From contig CAWCAG010000001.1 of NCBI GenBank assembly GCA_963793425.1, positions 57,455 through 121,454 of the forward strand: a stretch of 64,000 bases of DNA, in the 5' to 3' direction. Under the pieces are notes generated by a model, which was given only the letters and a program-made list of their open reading frames with translations, did not search any database and was not told the origin of the DNA. Source of the stretch: an uncultured cyanobacterium. Its GTDB lineage: Bacteria > Cyanobacteriota > Cyanobacteriia > Cyanobacteriales > CAWCAG01. Each line of letters opens with the position of its first letter. The stretch's first letter is position 1. The translations under genes were made by a program, and so were the position numbers. Shown here in pieces: positions 10,720 through 20,666 of this stretch.

Positions 10720-11292
10720 TTAATCCATGCCTTCAAAAAGCAATTCCTCAAGAAATGGTTGCAATAGTTTAAACTCTTCTGGTGAAGTCAACTCTAGTTG
10801 ATTACCATAGGTAGTTTTAGCAAAAAACAGTAAAGGAGCCAAGGGAGTATAGATTTCGTATTCCTTACCATGATGATAAAAAGTTGCTAAGAACTGGTAT
10901 TCCTCAGCTTCTGAGTCACCTTCCTCTTCTTCAATTTCTAGGATAAGGATATCATCTTCGGAGGTTGAAGGTAGTTCTCCAGTCGCTGTTAAAGTAAAGG
11001 CACTGTGTTGAAGAGTTAAGTTATGTTCAGCTAATACTGCTTTGGCATCTCCAAAAATTTCTTTAATTTCTGCCTCATCTTCCAGCCAGACAGCGCCAGA
11101 GTCTTCGTGATCATTGTCCCAAGCAATAATTGTTACTGCTGCAGCTATGGGCATAAGCATTAAATAAGTTGAGCCTTCGATTTCAAAAGAACGCTCTACA
11201 TAACAATCAAGTGATCGCTCATCTTCATCAATTAGGGTGACAATTTCCGTGTCAGATTGATCGTTCTCATTGGGAAATTGGGACAGGGACAT
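10720..11292 (-). CDS. Acidic conserved hypothetical protein (DUF1292/DUF3727-like)
   Basis: Strongly acidic ORF. The motif (D/E)-rich ... F.xxGxxYxxxxP occurs twice. I chose the ATG at 11292 over the TTG at 11328. The family assignment is from memory only. Confidence 0.5.
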   Translation of the reverse strand: MSLSQFPNENDQSDTEIVTLIDEDERSLDCYVERSFEIEGSTYLMLMPIAAAVTIIAWDNDHEDSGAVWLEDEAEIKEIFGDAKAVLAEHNLTLQHSAFTLTATGELPSTSEDDILILEIEEEEGDSEAEEYQFLATFYHHGKEYEIYTPLAPLLFFAKTTYGNQLELTSPEEFKLLQPFLEELLFEGMD

Positions 11293-11418
11293 ACTTTCAA
11301 TAAATATTATGCTGTGGGTAGCTAACAATCTAATTAAGTTGCTAGACAGTTAAATGTTTAATCTTATCATGTCGAAGCCTACCTGATAGCTAGTTAAGTT
11401 TTATGAGTATAAAGAATT

Positions 11419-11470
11419 GGCTGGGGAGCTGGGGGGCTGGGGAGAAAACTAATGGCAACTAGCAACTAGC
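11419..11470. repeat. Composite intergenic repeat: GGCTGGG-type G-rich units followed by AACTAGC-type heptamers
   Basis: The sequence reads ggctggggagctggggggctggggag aaaactaatggcaactagcaactagcc. The same architecture occurs at 50464-50560. Confidence 0.8.
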
Positions 11471-14400
11471 CACGACAAAGATTATCCCGCAAACTCTTTT
11501 CTTGCTGTTTAACTGCTGCTAATAGTTCGGCGTGTTGAATAATTACCCCAGCTTGGGAGTTGAAAATATCCATATACTTTTCATCATTTTGGTCAAAGCT
11601 TGTACATAAATATTCCGGTATCTCTTCGTTGCCTTCCCTGTAGGGTTCAGCATAGTCTCCAAAGAGTTTCTTATTAACCAATTGAGTGACCCCAATCAAA
11701 TCCCCATCAGGATTCCAAACCGGAGTACAAAGTAAGCTACAGGTACGATAACCAGTCTTGCTATCGGTCTTTTTGGCAATTTCCGATTGGGGATGGGTGT
11801 ACAAATCAAAGGGGATATTCAAAGACTCTTTGGTTCGAGCAACAGAACCGGCATAACCAACTCCCACTTTAATCCGTAATTCTTTGAGAGAACCATCTTC
11901 AAAAGGAATTTTCGTCCACAATTCATTGCTACGGAGATCCAATAACCAAAGGGTGCTGCGGTCAGAGTTAATTAATTCTTTCGCTGCTTCCATAACTCGC
12001 TTGAGTATATCCTCTGGTTCTAGGGTACTTTGGTTAACAGAACGAGTAGCAGCCATTAAAGCAGCGGCTACCCTCTGCCCCCTAGCTGTTTTGTGGTAGG
12101 AACGGAAGCTTTCTAAAATCATTTGGATGAGGGGAACTTGGGAGGCAAAACGTTCTTCATCTTTAGGAGTGAATCCCTCTTGGTCAATTCTTGCTTCTAA
12201 AGGGGCATTTTGATCACTAAAACGTTTCAGTTTGTTGAGACATTGAACAACAGCAAATAAATCTCCTTGCTCGTTTAAAAGAGGGAAATTTAGCATACTG
12301 TAGGTACGATAGCCATTTTTACGATCTTGTTCTTTGGCTGTGAGGGAACGGGGGTCGTCGTAAAAATCGTAGGGAATATTCATAACTTTCTTGCTAGCAG
12401 CCACTTCCCCCACAATACCTTTGGTGATGGGAATGCGAATTTCTAGGGAGCGATCGCCTTCTGCTTGGGCGACAATTGACCAAAATTCATCTCTTTCTTC
12501 ATCAAGGAGGAAAATACTGGTACGATCTGCTTCAACAGATTTACCAAGTTTTTGAGAAATGGAACGCAAAGTAGAGTCCATAACTTCATCGAAACCCTGA
12601 CTTTCCATTACTTGGGTTAACATGGCTAAGGTTTGACTAACCACATTTTGGGGATTACCTTCTGCTTGTTCTTTCATGGCAGCGAATTTTTTGGCGTTTT
12701 GAATAGCGACCCCAACTTGAGAATTGAATATTTGCATATATTTTTGGGAGTTGGCATCGAAGCTTGCTTGAAAACATTCCGGTGCTTCTGGCCAGTCAAC
12801 AGGATTATATGTAGGAAAATTTCCTGGTTTCCTTTTATTTACGAGTTGAGTAACGCCAATTAGTTCCCCATCAGGACTCCAAACAGGCATACACAAGAGG
12901 CTACAGGTGCGATAACCGGTTTTTTGGTCGGTTTCTTGGGCTGTTTCGGAGTCTATATGGTTGTAGAGGTCAAAACCAATGTTTAAAGGCTCTTCTGTGG
13001 CAGCAACTTTCCCGGCATAACCTTGACCTACTTGTACTTCTAATTCCTTGACGCTACCATCTTCAAAAAGAATTTTTGTCCATAATTTGTCAGCTTCCCT
13101 GTCTAATAACCATAAAGTGCTACGGTCGGCATTCATCAATTTTTTAGCCGCATTCATAACATTGTGAATCACCTCATCGGAGTCGAGACTACTTTGGGAA
13201 ACGACTCGGGTAGCAAAGGTGAGGGCTTCGGAGGCTTGTAATCTTTGGGTTAATTTATAGCAGTATTGACATCTTTCAATGATTCGTAAAAGTTCTGGTG
13301 CATATTCACTAAATTGCTTTTGGTCAGCTTCGTTAAAACCTTCGCGATCAATACGATTAATTAAGGATTCAGTGGGATGATTGTTTTCTTCTAACTTGTT
13401 AATTAAGTTAACAACTGCAACTAATTTATTATGTTTATTTAATAAAGGGACAGCTAAAAGAGTATAGGTGGGATAACCTGTTTGTAAATCGACATTTTCC
13501 GGTTTTTCAAAGTTACTATCTTGGGCATAACCAAAAGGCACTTTGACCATCTCTTTTAAACTTGTAACCAAATCAACAATTTCGCGATTAGCACTAACTT
13601 CTACTTCAGAGCCAAAATAGTTACTTTGATTCCGGGCAATAATTGACCAAATTTCACTTTTTTCTTCATCAATTAAATAGATGTTAATGCGATCAACACA
13701 AAGCAAATCGCTCATTTTTAAGGTAATAGAACCTAAAATTTCATCGAGGATATAATCAAAGCCTTTCCCTTCCATAAAGTTAAGCATGGAGAGGAGTTTT
13801 TGCTCTTGTTTGGCTACTACTTGCATAAAGTCAGCGTGCAAATTAGCTAAAGCTTTATTAACCCAATTCCAATTGAATACAGCAGCATAAATGCGATTAT
13901 AAATACTTAAAATAGGGGTGGACTCTTTCTTCCCTAACCATCTTTTAACCACCAAACCAGAAAGCCGTAATTCCATTTGTTCAGGAGTTTCTTCAGCAGG
14001 AATTTCTCCTAAATTACTTTCTTCGGTAGCAGATTGGGCAGAAAGTAAAATTTGCTGATAAAGCTGCAAAAGAGGGCCACTCCTTTGACCAATTCTTAAG
14101 ATGCGATCGCGGATAGTTTTCAAATGAGGCGGATCATCAGTGGCTTCCCAGTTATCAATGATGCGTCTGCGGACGATATCTTCTACCCACCTAGCAATAT
14201 CACGACCATAAACATCTCCTTCATTTTCTACTTCTTGTAAGATTAAATAACAAATTTTTTGGGTTAAAAAAGGTTGTCCTCCAGTCCAATATAAAACCGC
14301 TTCTAATACTTCCTGGGGCTGACTAACTTTTCCTTCTAAACCTTTAGCTAAAGGTTGGGCTTCTGCTAAGTTGAAGCCATTTAATTCAATGCCACGACCA

Positions 14401-14996
14401 ATATTAAAAGGAGTACAAGTTTTATCTTGAATCAAATCCGAAGGAGTTGCTACCCCTAATAAAGCAAAAGTAAGGCGTTGATATTCAATACAAGCGCGGA
14501 TAAAAGCAAAAAAATCATCAGTACTAAAATTTAAGCTGAGAATACTATCAATTTCATCAATAAAAATAACAATTTTGCCCGGTACAGATTCTAATAAAAC
14601 CTGTTCAATAAACTCGCTTAAACGCTGTACCGGGGGGAGAAATTCTCTTTCTTTTAGCCAACGTTGCAGTTTGATGCGATCAGCTAATTTAAAATTCATG
14701 ACTAAGCGTCGCATCACCCCGGCATACCATTGTTCTGGGGTAATATCCTGGGAACCAATTTTAGTTAAATCAACAGCCCCACAAGCTACACCTTCTGCTT
14801 GCAAGCGGTGCATCGTCCTCACCCGCAAGCTAGTTTTACCCATTTGTCGCGAATTAAGAACGTAGCAAAATTCCCCTGCTTTTAACCCTTGATATAATTC
14901 CTGATCCGCTTGGCGTACCACATAAGTAGGAGCATCTAAATGTAGATGTCCACCAACTTTGTAGCTATAATTTAAGGTTCGCTCTTGACTTATCAT
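11466..14996 (-). CDS. AAA_35-like P-loop NTPase fused to four GAF domains
   Basis: 1176 aa. The N-terminal NTPase has Walker A RQMGKTSL, Walker [21 protein letters not shown] and GGQPFL. Four GAF-like units follow, each ending in ...NK(x19-24)Fxxx(D/S)(E/Q). Confidence 0.8.
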   Translation of the reverse strand: MISQERTLNYSYKVGGHLHLDAPTYVVRQADQELYQGLKAGEFCYVLNSRQMGKTSLRVRTMHRLQAEGVACGAVDLTKIGSQDITPEQWYAGVMRRLVMNFKLADRIKLQRWLKEREFLPPVQRLSEFIEQVLLESVPGKIVIFIDEIDSILSLNFSTDDFFAFIRACIEYQRLTFALLGVATPSDLIQDKTCTPFNIGRGIELNGFNLAEAQPLAKGLEGKVSQPQEVLEAVLYWTGGQPFLTQKICYLILQEVENEGDVYGRDIARWVEDIVRRRIIDNWEATDDPPHLKTIRDRILRIGQRSGPLLQLYQQILLSAQSATEESNLGEIPAEETPEQMELRLSGLVVKRWLGKKESTPILSIYNRIYAAVFNWNWVNKALANLHADFMQVVAKQEQKLLSMLNFMEGKGFDYILDEILGSITLKMSDLLCVDRINIYLIDEEKSEIWSIIARNQSNYFGSEVEVSANREIVDLVTSLKEMVKVPFGYAQDSNFEKPENVDLQTGYPTYTLLAVPLLNKHNKLVAVVNLINKLEENNHPTESLINRIDREGFNEADQKQFSEYAPELLRIIERCQYCYKLTQRLQASEALTFATRVVSQSSLDSDEVIHNVMNAAKKLMNADRSTLWLLDREADKLWTKILFEDGSVKELEVQVGQGYAGKVAATEEPLNIGFDLYNHIDSETAQETDQKTGYRTCSLLCMPVWSPDGELIGVTQLVNKRKPGNFPTYNPVDWPEAPECFQASFDANSQKYMQIFNSQVGVAIQNAKKFAAMKEQAEGNPQNVVSQTLAMLTQVMESQGFDEVMDSTLRSISQKLGKSVEADRTSIFLLDEERDEFWSIVAQAEGDRSLEIRIPITKGIVGEVAASKKVMNIPYDFYDDPRSLTAKEQDRKNGYRTYSMLNFPLLNEQGDLFAVVQCLNKLKRFSDQNAPLEARIDQEGFTPKDEERFASQVPLIQMILESFRSYHKTARGQRVAAALMAATRSVNQSTLEPEDILKRVMEAAKELINSDRSTLWLLDLRSNELWTKIPFEDGSLKELRIKVGVGYAGSVARTKESLNIPFDLYTHPQSEIAKKTDSKTGYRTCSLLCTPVWNPDGDLIGVTQLVNKKLFGDYAEPYREGNEEIPEYLCTSFDQNDEKYMDIFNSQAGVIIQHAELLAAVKQQEKSLRDNLCRG

Positions 14997-15110
14997 GGGT
15001 CATTTATCATTGTTGGCGTTTCGCGTAGTCTGGCGACAATGCTCCGCAAACGTGTAAACGTTGTCGTATTTACTATGCGTTGCCGTAGGCTAGCCTTGCG
15101 CCCTGGCTAC

Positions 15111-15138
15111 ATTAAACATTAAACGTTAAACATTTATC
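15111..15138. repeat. Heptamer tandem repeat (ATTAAAC-type)
   Basis: attaaac attaaac gttaaac atttatc, located in the spacer between the two NTPase genes. The reverse complement of the same unit occurs at 55158-55178. Confidence 0.75.
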
Positions 15139-15144
15139 AATTAA

Positions 15145-16977
15145 TTAATTTCCTAGGCGATCACTAAAATATTGACGATATAATTCAAAGCGGGGTGTTA
15201 CCTCATTTCCTTTTAAGTGGACTAAGCCGAGACTGTGTAACTTAAATGCTAGTACAGATTCCAACTCCACGGGTTTTCTCATTGTTACTACTTGACTTAA
15301 AGCCAGTGCCAACTCTGGATGTTGTTGTAAGTTCCAAAGGTGGCGACGCAAGTGATCTCCATAAATACCTGCTTCTGTAGGAGCAGTTTCTGATAGCTTT
15401 TTTAGGCTAAGCTGATGTTTAACTAGATGATAGAGAGCGACCTGTACTAGATAGGGATGTCCTCCCACAATATTCATCAACTGTTCCACTTGCTCTGAGT
15501 GCCAGTTAAGTCCGTAACGTTGAGCAAGATCAGCCACTTGAGGGTTAGTAAATTCCCTTAATTCAATGGGTAATCCTACATTAAAGGGGGATTGATTAAC
15601 ATTCAAGGGTAGATATACCTCTGTTGAATGTACTACCACTAACCTCAGCTTCTCCCAGAGATCGCTGTCACCATAACCATAGCCAGCCTCTTCGTACCAA
15701 GCCCTTAAAAGTCCGAAAAAGTCATCGGCTACTTTAGGATATTGAAAAACTCGGTCAACTTCATCTAAGCCTAAGACTAAAGGGCTATCAGCTTCTGGTA
15801 AAAGTAGATCCTCAAAAATGGCCGTGCAGTTATCTTTGCTGCCGTAGGTATCTGTCCAGTAATCATCTACTTTATAGGGTAAACGCAATTTACGGCAAAT
15901 TTTAGTACAAAACCAGCGTAGAAGCTGATTGAGGTTGGTGAATACTCCCTTATCTGCGTGTTGGAAGCTTAAGGGGACGGTACGATAGCCTTGTTCTTTG
16001 GCTTGGTAAAGAATTCTGGCCATTAAGGAAGTCTTACCCATTTGGCGTGGTGCTTTGAGGCGTATTAAAGCCCCTGGTTTAACAATTTCCTGGTAACATT
16101 GTTCTTCTCCAGGAACCCTTTTGACATAAAAAGCAGAAGCTAGGCGTACTTGTCCTTTGGGCAATTCTGGTTCAGCGACAGGTAAAGGAGGAGGAGTAGG
16201 AGTAGGGCTGAGATGATAAGTTGGAGTTGCTTCATCAATTAGGGGGAGACACCATCCCCCCTGACCAGACAAAATATTGCTAATCTCTTGGATAATACCA
16301 GGAGTATCTTCTGGCGATCGCCAATCTCTTTGATAAGTCCCTTGAAGGTATCTACGGAGGTCGTGGTTAAGGGGAACTGTAGGGGGACAGTTGATTCTTA
16401 CGGTAAGGATAATCGGTTTAGTTTGTAAATCTTTGTCTTTAGCTTGTCTCAACTCCTCAATTAACATTTCGCTTGTTGCTGCTTGGGGAGAAAGAAGGAG
16501 TAAAAAGTAATCACACTGTTCTAATTCTGAATCAATTTGTGCTAACCAGTTTTCCTCCGTTAAACCGACACTAGCCCTAAAAGCTTGGTGTCCTGCTGTT
16601 TCTAGGGCAGTGGCTAATTGGGTAGCTAGTTCATGATCTGGTTCTTGGTGCAAATAACTAAGGAATACTCGCTTAATCTTCTGGCTGGTTTCTTCCCTGC
16701 CCTCTTCTCCTTCCTCTTCCTGGCGTTTTAAAGCCCGTTCTAAGGCCCCTCTGATTCTCTTTTTTGTTACCTTTTCCCCCAAAGCATTGGAGAGTTTTTG
16801 CCATAATTTATAACCCACATACTTTTCGATGTATTGGGGATTGAGGGGGTAAATCTCTTCATAGGTTCGTCCTTGGCACGAACCGATAAAGACTTCCCTT
16901 TCGAGGTCATTAAGATGTTTACCAACTTTTTGATAAACTAAGCGATCTACTAATTCTAAACCTTGATCAAAATCCAT
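15145..16977 (-). CDS. HTH-like module + TIR domain + AAA_35-like P-loop NTPase
   Basis: The ATG at 16977 (MDFDQGLELV) is preferred over the TTG at 17043. The HTH-like segment is LNDLEREVFIGSCQGRTYEEI. The TIR-like segment is RVFLSYLHQEPDHELATQLATALETAGHQAF...CDYFLLLLSPQAATSEMLIEEL. The NTPase motifs are [28 protein letters not shown] and GGHPYL. Confidence 0.75.
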   Translation of the reverse strand: MDFDQGLELVDRLVYQKVGKHLNDLEREVFIGSCQGRTYEEIYPLNPQYIEKYVGYKLWQKLSNALGEKVTKKRIRGALERALKRQEEEGEEGREETSQKIKRVFLSYLHQEPDHELATQLATALETAGHQAFRASVGLTEENWLAQIDSELEQCDYFLLLLSPQAATSEMLIEELRQAKDKDLQTKPIILTVRINCPPTVPLNHDLRRYLQGTYQRDWRSPEDTPGIIQEISNILSGQGGWCLPLIDEATPTYHLSPTPTPPPLPVAEPELPKGQVRLASAFYVKRVPGEEQCYQEIVKPGALIRLKAPRQMGKTSLMARILYQAKEQGYRTVPLSFQHADKGVFTNLNQLLRWFCTKICRKLRLPYKVDDYWTDTYGSKDNCTAIFEDLLLPEADSPLVLGLDEVDRVFQYPKVADDFFGLLRAWYEEAGYGYGDSDLWEKLRLVVVHSTEVYLPLNVNQSPFNVGLPIELREFTNPQVADLAQRYGLNWHSEQVEQLMNIVGGHPYLVQVALYHLVKHQLSLKKLSETAPTEAGIYGDHLRRHLWNLQQHPELALALSQVVTMRKPVELESVLAFKLHSLGLVHLKGNEVTPRFELYRQYFSDRLGN

Positions 16978-17503
16978 ATATATACTGATAAGACTATGAT
17001 TGATTTTAATCTGAAATTCAAGATGAGGTAAGGGGTAAAGCAAGAATCAAGAGTAAGTTTTCTAGAGTTTTTACTTAAAAAAAATGAACATAATTACTAA
17101 TTGAATTAAGTGTTTATTCTTGAATTAATATTTTGGTTATCAGATCCTTTAAAATACTGATTCAGATCACAGCCAAGATACAGTTAATTATTTATTTTTT
17201 AGATATAGACTTTGGGGATATAAGTGCTTTCCTTAAGTTATTTTTTATTAAGTAGTAGCTAGTATGGGGTTTTATGAGGTCTGGAATAAAGATGGTTTTT
17301 GAGATGATTTTATAGCATTAACAAGAACTAAGAAACTTATGGTATTTCCTGGTTCTCCTCCCTCAAGTATTTAGTTAAAATTATATAAAGTAAGCAATAT
17401 TCAATCGTTGTTTAATTAATTAAGAAAAAACTGAAATAGTCAGAATCAACTTAGCTATTTCAACTGGATTGAAACAAAAGTAAAGTCCACCAGGTAAACA
17501 GAA

Positions 17504-18496
17504 ATGTTTAACTTAACTCAAGAAAGAATCGATAGCTGTGTGCGGCGTTTGCAAGGTGGTTACTTCCGTATTTACGGTAGTTCCAGGGCTGAATATGCTG
17601 AATTAATTGCTAGTGTAGCGAGGATTGGTTTAGACAATATTGCTCGTAGTGATGCTGCCTATCATGATGTAGATCATACTATTCTTGTTACCTTAGCCGG
17701 ACAAGAAATATTGCGAGGTAAACACATTCGCGAGGGTAATGTTTCTTGCGATAATTGGTTCCATTCGATTATTTCTTTGTTATGCCATGATATTGGTTAT
17801 ATAAAAGGAATTTGTCGTCAAGATAACCCTCAAGAAAAGTTGTTTGTCACAGGGAAAGATAGGGAAGCAATCACCTTAAAACCAGGGGCTACCGACGCGG
17901 CTTTGACTGATTACCATGTAGACAGGGGCAAACTATTTGTTGAAGAGAACTTTTCTGGTTATAAACTAATTGACATAGAAGTTATCAATGAAAACATTGA
18001 AATGACTCGTTTTCCTATTCCCCAAGCAGGAAAATATCAACAAACTAGTACCTATGCAGGCTTAGCTAGGGCGGCTGATTTAATCGGTCAATTGGCAGAT
18101 CCTCACTACTTGCAAAAAATGCCAGCTTTATTTTACGAGTTCTGGGAAAATGGTACTAGTGAAAAGCTAGGTCATCACCATCCAGGGGAGTTGCGTTCTG
18201 CTTATCCTAACTTCTTCAAAACTGTGGTTAGTCGCTATATTCAAGAGGCTTTGCATCACTTAGAAGTTACCAGACAAGGGCGAGAAATTATTGCTAGTTT
18301 GTATGAAAATGTTTGGGTTGTGGAAAATGAGTTAGAGAACAAAGGTGGTAACAGTTTGGGGCAACTCCCTCGAACCCTACCTTCTATACCTTCTGTAACC
18401 GATGTCGGTTCTATTCCGACCAAAGCTAACTTTTTCTCCAGTCAGGGCGGGCTGGGAAGCTGGTTGCATAAGTCCTTGCGTATTAGTCATGCCTGA
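17504..18496 (+). CDS. HD-domain metal-dependent phosphohydrolase family protein
   Basis: 330 aa. The H...HD...D pattern is present (AAYHDVDHTILV; LLCHDIGYIKG). Confidence 0.7.
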   Translation: MFNLTQERIDSCVRRLQGGYFRIYGSSRAEYAELIASVARIGLDNIARSDAAYHDVDHTILVTLAGQEILRGKHIREGNVSCDNWFHSIISLLCHDIGYIKGICRQDNPQEKLFVTGKDREAITLKPGATDAALTDYHVDRGKLFVEENFSGYKLIDIEVINENIEMTRFPIPQAGKYQQTSTYAGLARAADLIGQLADPHYLQKMPALFYEFWENGTSEKLGHHHPGELRSAYPNFFKTVVSRYIQEALHHLEVTRQGREIIASLYENVWVVENELENKGGNSLGQLPRTLPSIPSVTDVGSIPTKANFFSSQGGLGSWLHKSLRISHA

Positions 18497-18511
18497 TGGT
18501 AAATAACCGTT

Positions 18512-19156
18512 ATGAAGACTACCCTTGATTTCAATCCCCATAAATATGGTTTCGCCCTCCATAGTACTAGTCCTCAATTAGGATTAGCCCTCAGTAACTT
18601 TACTAATCCCTCTCTATGTCAAACTTTTGCATTGGGGAGGGATTTATCATCCCAGCTACATCTACAAATATTAGAGTTTCTCCAGCCCTATTGTTGGCAA
18701 GATTTAGCTTTTATCAGCGTGGCGAAAGGCCCTGGTAGCTTTACGAGTACTCGCATTGGTATGGTGACAGCTCGTACCCTCGCCCAGCAGTTAAATATTC
18801 CCCTCTTTGTCTTTTCTAGCCTTGCTGCGATCGCTTGGTTAGAAGCAGATAAACACTCGCAAAAACCTATTGCCATAGAAATGCCAGCCCGACGCAACCA
18901 ATTATTTGTCGGTATCTATCAAGCTTCCACCGATGGTTTGGTGCAGATATTGCCGGATACCACCACAGAAGCGGCATCATGGCAAAATATTCTTAATGGT
19001 TTAGATAGTTATAAATTAATTCAAACCCCAGCTAATCTCGGCTACACAGTTACTAGCCTCCTGGAGTTAGCCCTATTAAGTTGGCAACAAGGAAACCAAC
19101 CCCATTGGCAGAGTGCTTTACCCTTTTACGGCCAACATCCTGTAAGCAATTGCTAA
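18512..19156 (+). CDS. tsaB: tRNA threonylcarbamoyladenosine (t6A) biosynthesis protein TsaB (YeaZ)
   Basis: 214 aa. It carries the signature GPGSFTSTRIG of the ASKHA-fold YeaZ family. Confidence 0.8.
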   Translation: MKTTLDFNPHKYGFALHSTSPQLGLALSNFTNPSLCQTFALGRDLSSQLHLQILEFLQPYCWQDLAFISVAKGPGSFTSTRIGMVTARTLAQQLNIPLFVFSSLAAIAWLEADKHSQKPIAIEMPARRNQLFVGIYQASTDGLVQILPDTTTEAASWQNILNGLDSYKLIQTPANLGYTVTSLLELALLSWQQGNQPHWQSALPFYGQHPVSNC

Positions 19157-19176
19157 ACTGTAGAGTAATTCTCTAA

Positions 19177-19743
19177 GTGAAACTCTTTAGTTTTCTTGCT
19201 TTTAAGTTGTATCTTTCCTTGCTATCAATACTCAGAAAATTGTGGCATACAGTGGCACAATTCCAGTTTGTTTCTTCTCAACCTCCCCCAGGTAAGTCTG
19301 GGCTGTTGAGGTATTATCGTTATTGGTTGAAGCGTTTTTCTCGCTTAAAAGATAGTCCCAGGAGAATTGCACGGGGTTTGGCAGCAGGAGTGTTTACAGG
19401 TTGCTTTCCCCTGTTAGGTTTGCAAACTATTTTAGGTATTTTGGTAGCTTGGTTAATTAGAGGCAATAAAATTGCTGCCGCTGCGGGAACTTGGATTAGC
19501 AATCCTTTTACTTATTTTCCTATTTTTACCTTCAATTTTAGTATCGGTAGAATTATGACCAGGGGAGAAGATTTATCTTTAACTGATGTTCATTGGGAAA
19601 ACTGGTCAGAGTTATTAGATTTGGGGGCAACTTTTATTGCAACTTTAATGATTGGGTCTTTGTTAGTGGGTTTAATTGTTTCAATTTGTGCTTATTTTTT
19701 GAGTTTGTGGTTGTTGGTTAAGCTGCGAAAATCTGAAGATTAA
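19177..19743 (+). CDS. DUF2062-family membrane protein
   Basis: GTG start. The motifs are SPRRIARGLAAGVFTGCFPLLGLQTILGILVAWLIRGNK and NPFTYFPIFTF, and there is a C-terminal TM helix. Confidence 0.7.
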   Translation: MKLFSFLAFKLYLSLLSILRKLWHTVAQFQFVSSQPPPGKSGLLRYYRYWLKRFSRLKDSPRRIARGLAAGVFTGCFPLLGLQTILGILVAWLIRGNKIAAAAGTWISNPFTYFPIFTFNFSIGRIMTRGEDLSLTDVHWENWSELLDLGATFIATLMIGSLLVGLIVSICAYFLSLWLLVKLRKSED

Positions 19744-20248
19744 ATATTATTTGTCATTGATCATCAAACGGATATTCCCAGGTATCTTATCTATCGTAGA
19801 TAGTAATTTTGCCAAATTTTGAGAAAGTCAAGAAATCATTAAAGCTGTATTTTGTCAATGGGGGATAAAATTCAGTTCTCAAAAAAATAATTGTAACATA
19901 GCTTGTAGCATGGAAAAATCTCTTCACTTGAGCTACTTAATGTAAGACAAAGCCCACTATACGGTGGTTTTGCTCGTTTAAAGATTATTTTGGGTACAAA
20001 AAACCTACATTATCATTATTTATAAATCTTGATTAATTCTATTACAAAAGAAACTCCTTTCAATGCCTTATTAAATTGTTCTTAACATAACTTTATAAAG
20101 GCATTGAAAAAGTGCTAATGTTTAAATTATTTAAACTTTGAACAGAGAAACAGAAAGTTTTGCTTATTAATATTAGCTGGTGCAAAACTCTCTCCCCATT
20201 TCCCTACTCCCCATCAATCCCAACAAGTAAATTAAATGCGGTGACAGC

Positions 20249-20276
20249 TTACTTATTGCTTATTACTTATTAGTTG
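20249..20276. repeat. Heptamer tandem repeat (TTACTTA-type) overlapping the 3' end of the DndE-like ORF
   Basis: ttactta ttgctta ttactta ttagttg. The same unit occurs at 60276-60317 and 62597-62652. Confidence 0.75.
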
Positions 20277-20666
20277 TTCTCCCCCCTGACAACATAGCTT
20301 AATCAAATCATCAATCTTTTTTAACTTAGGATCTCCTGCTAAATAACCAATACCACGATGTAAATGTAAGCGAAATTGACGGGCGAGAGTTTCTTGATCT
20401 GTACCTAAACCATCTTGATAGCAGCGTTGTTTTAAGGCCAAAATAAAAATATCAGACATTTGCCCAGAAAAGACTTGCCAAGTTAATTCGATATTACTAT
20501 CAGCAGGAATTGGTATGGGAGAAGGAATGCTTGCCTCAGCCAGGGAACGACAAAAGCCCCAGCGACATAAGACATTCCAATGTTCAATTTTAGTAATACG
20601 TTTGAGTTTAATTAATTGATCTCTAGCGGTATTTGATAATTTGATGTTGTTGAGAGGAGGTTTCAT
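20253..20666 (-). CDS. DndE-like protein (DNA sulfur-modification protein E family), orphan
   Basis: 137 aa. The pattern IKLSNTARDQLIKLKRITKIEHWNVLCRWGFCRSL ... FILALKQRCYQDGLG ... HLHRGIGYL matches the DndE layout as I remember it. No dndBCD genes are nearby. Confidence 0.55.
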   Translation of the reverse strand: MKPPLNNIKLSNTARDQLIKLKRITKIEHWNVLCRWGFCRSLAEASIPSPIPIPADSNIELTWQVFSGQMSDIFILALKQRCYQDGLGTDQETLARQFRLHLHRGIGYLAGDPKLKKIDDLIKLCCQGGEQLISNKQ

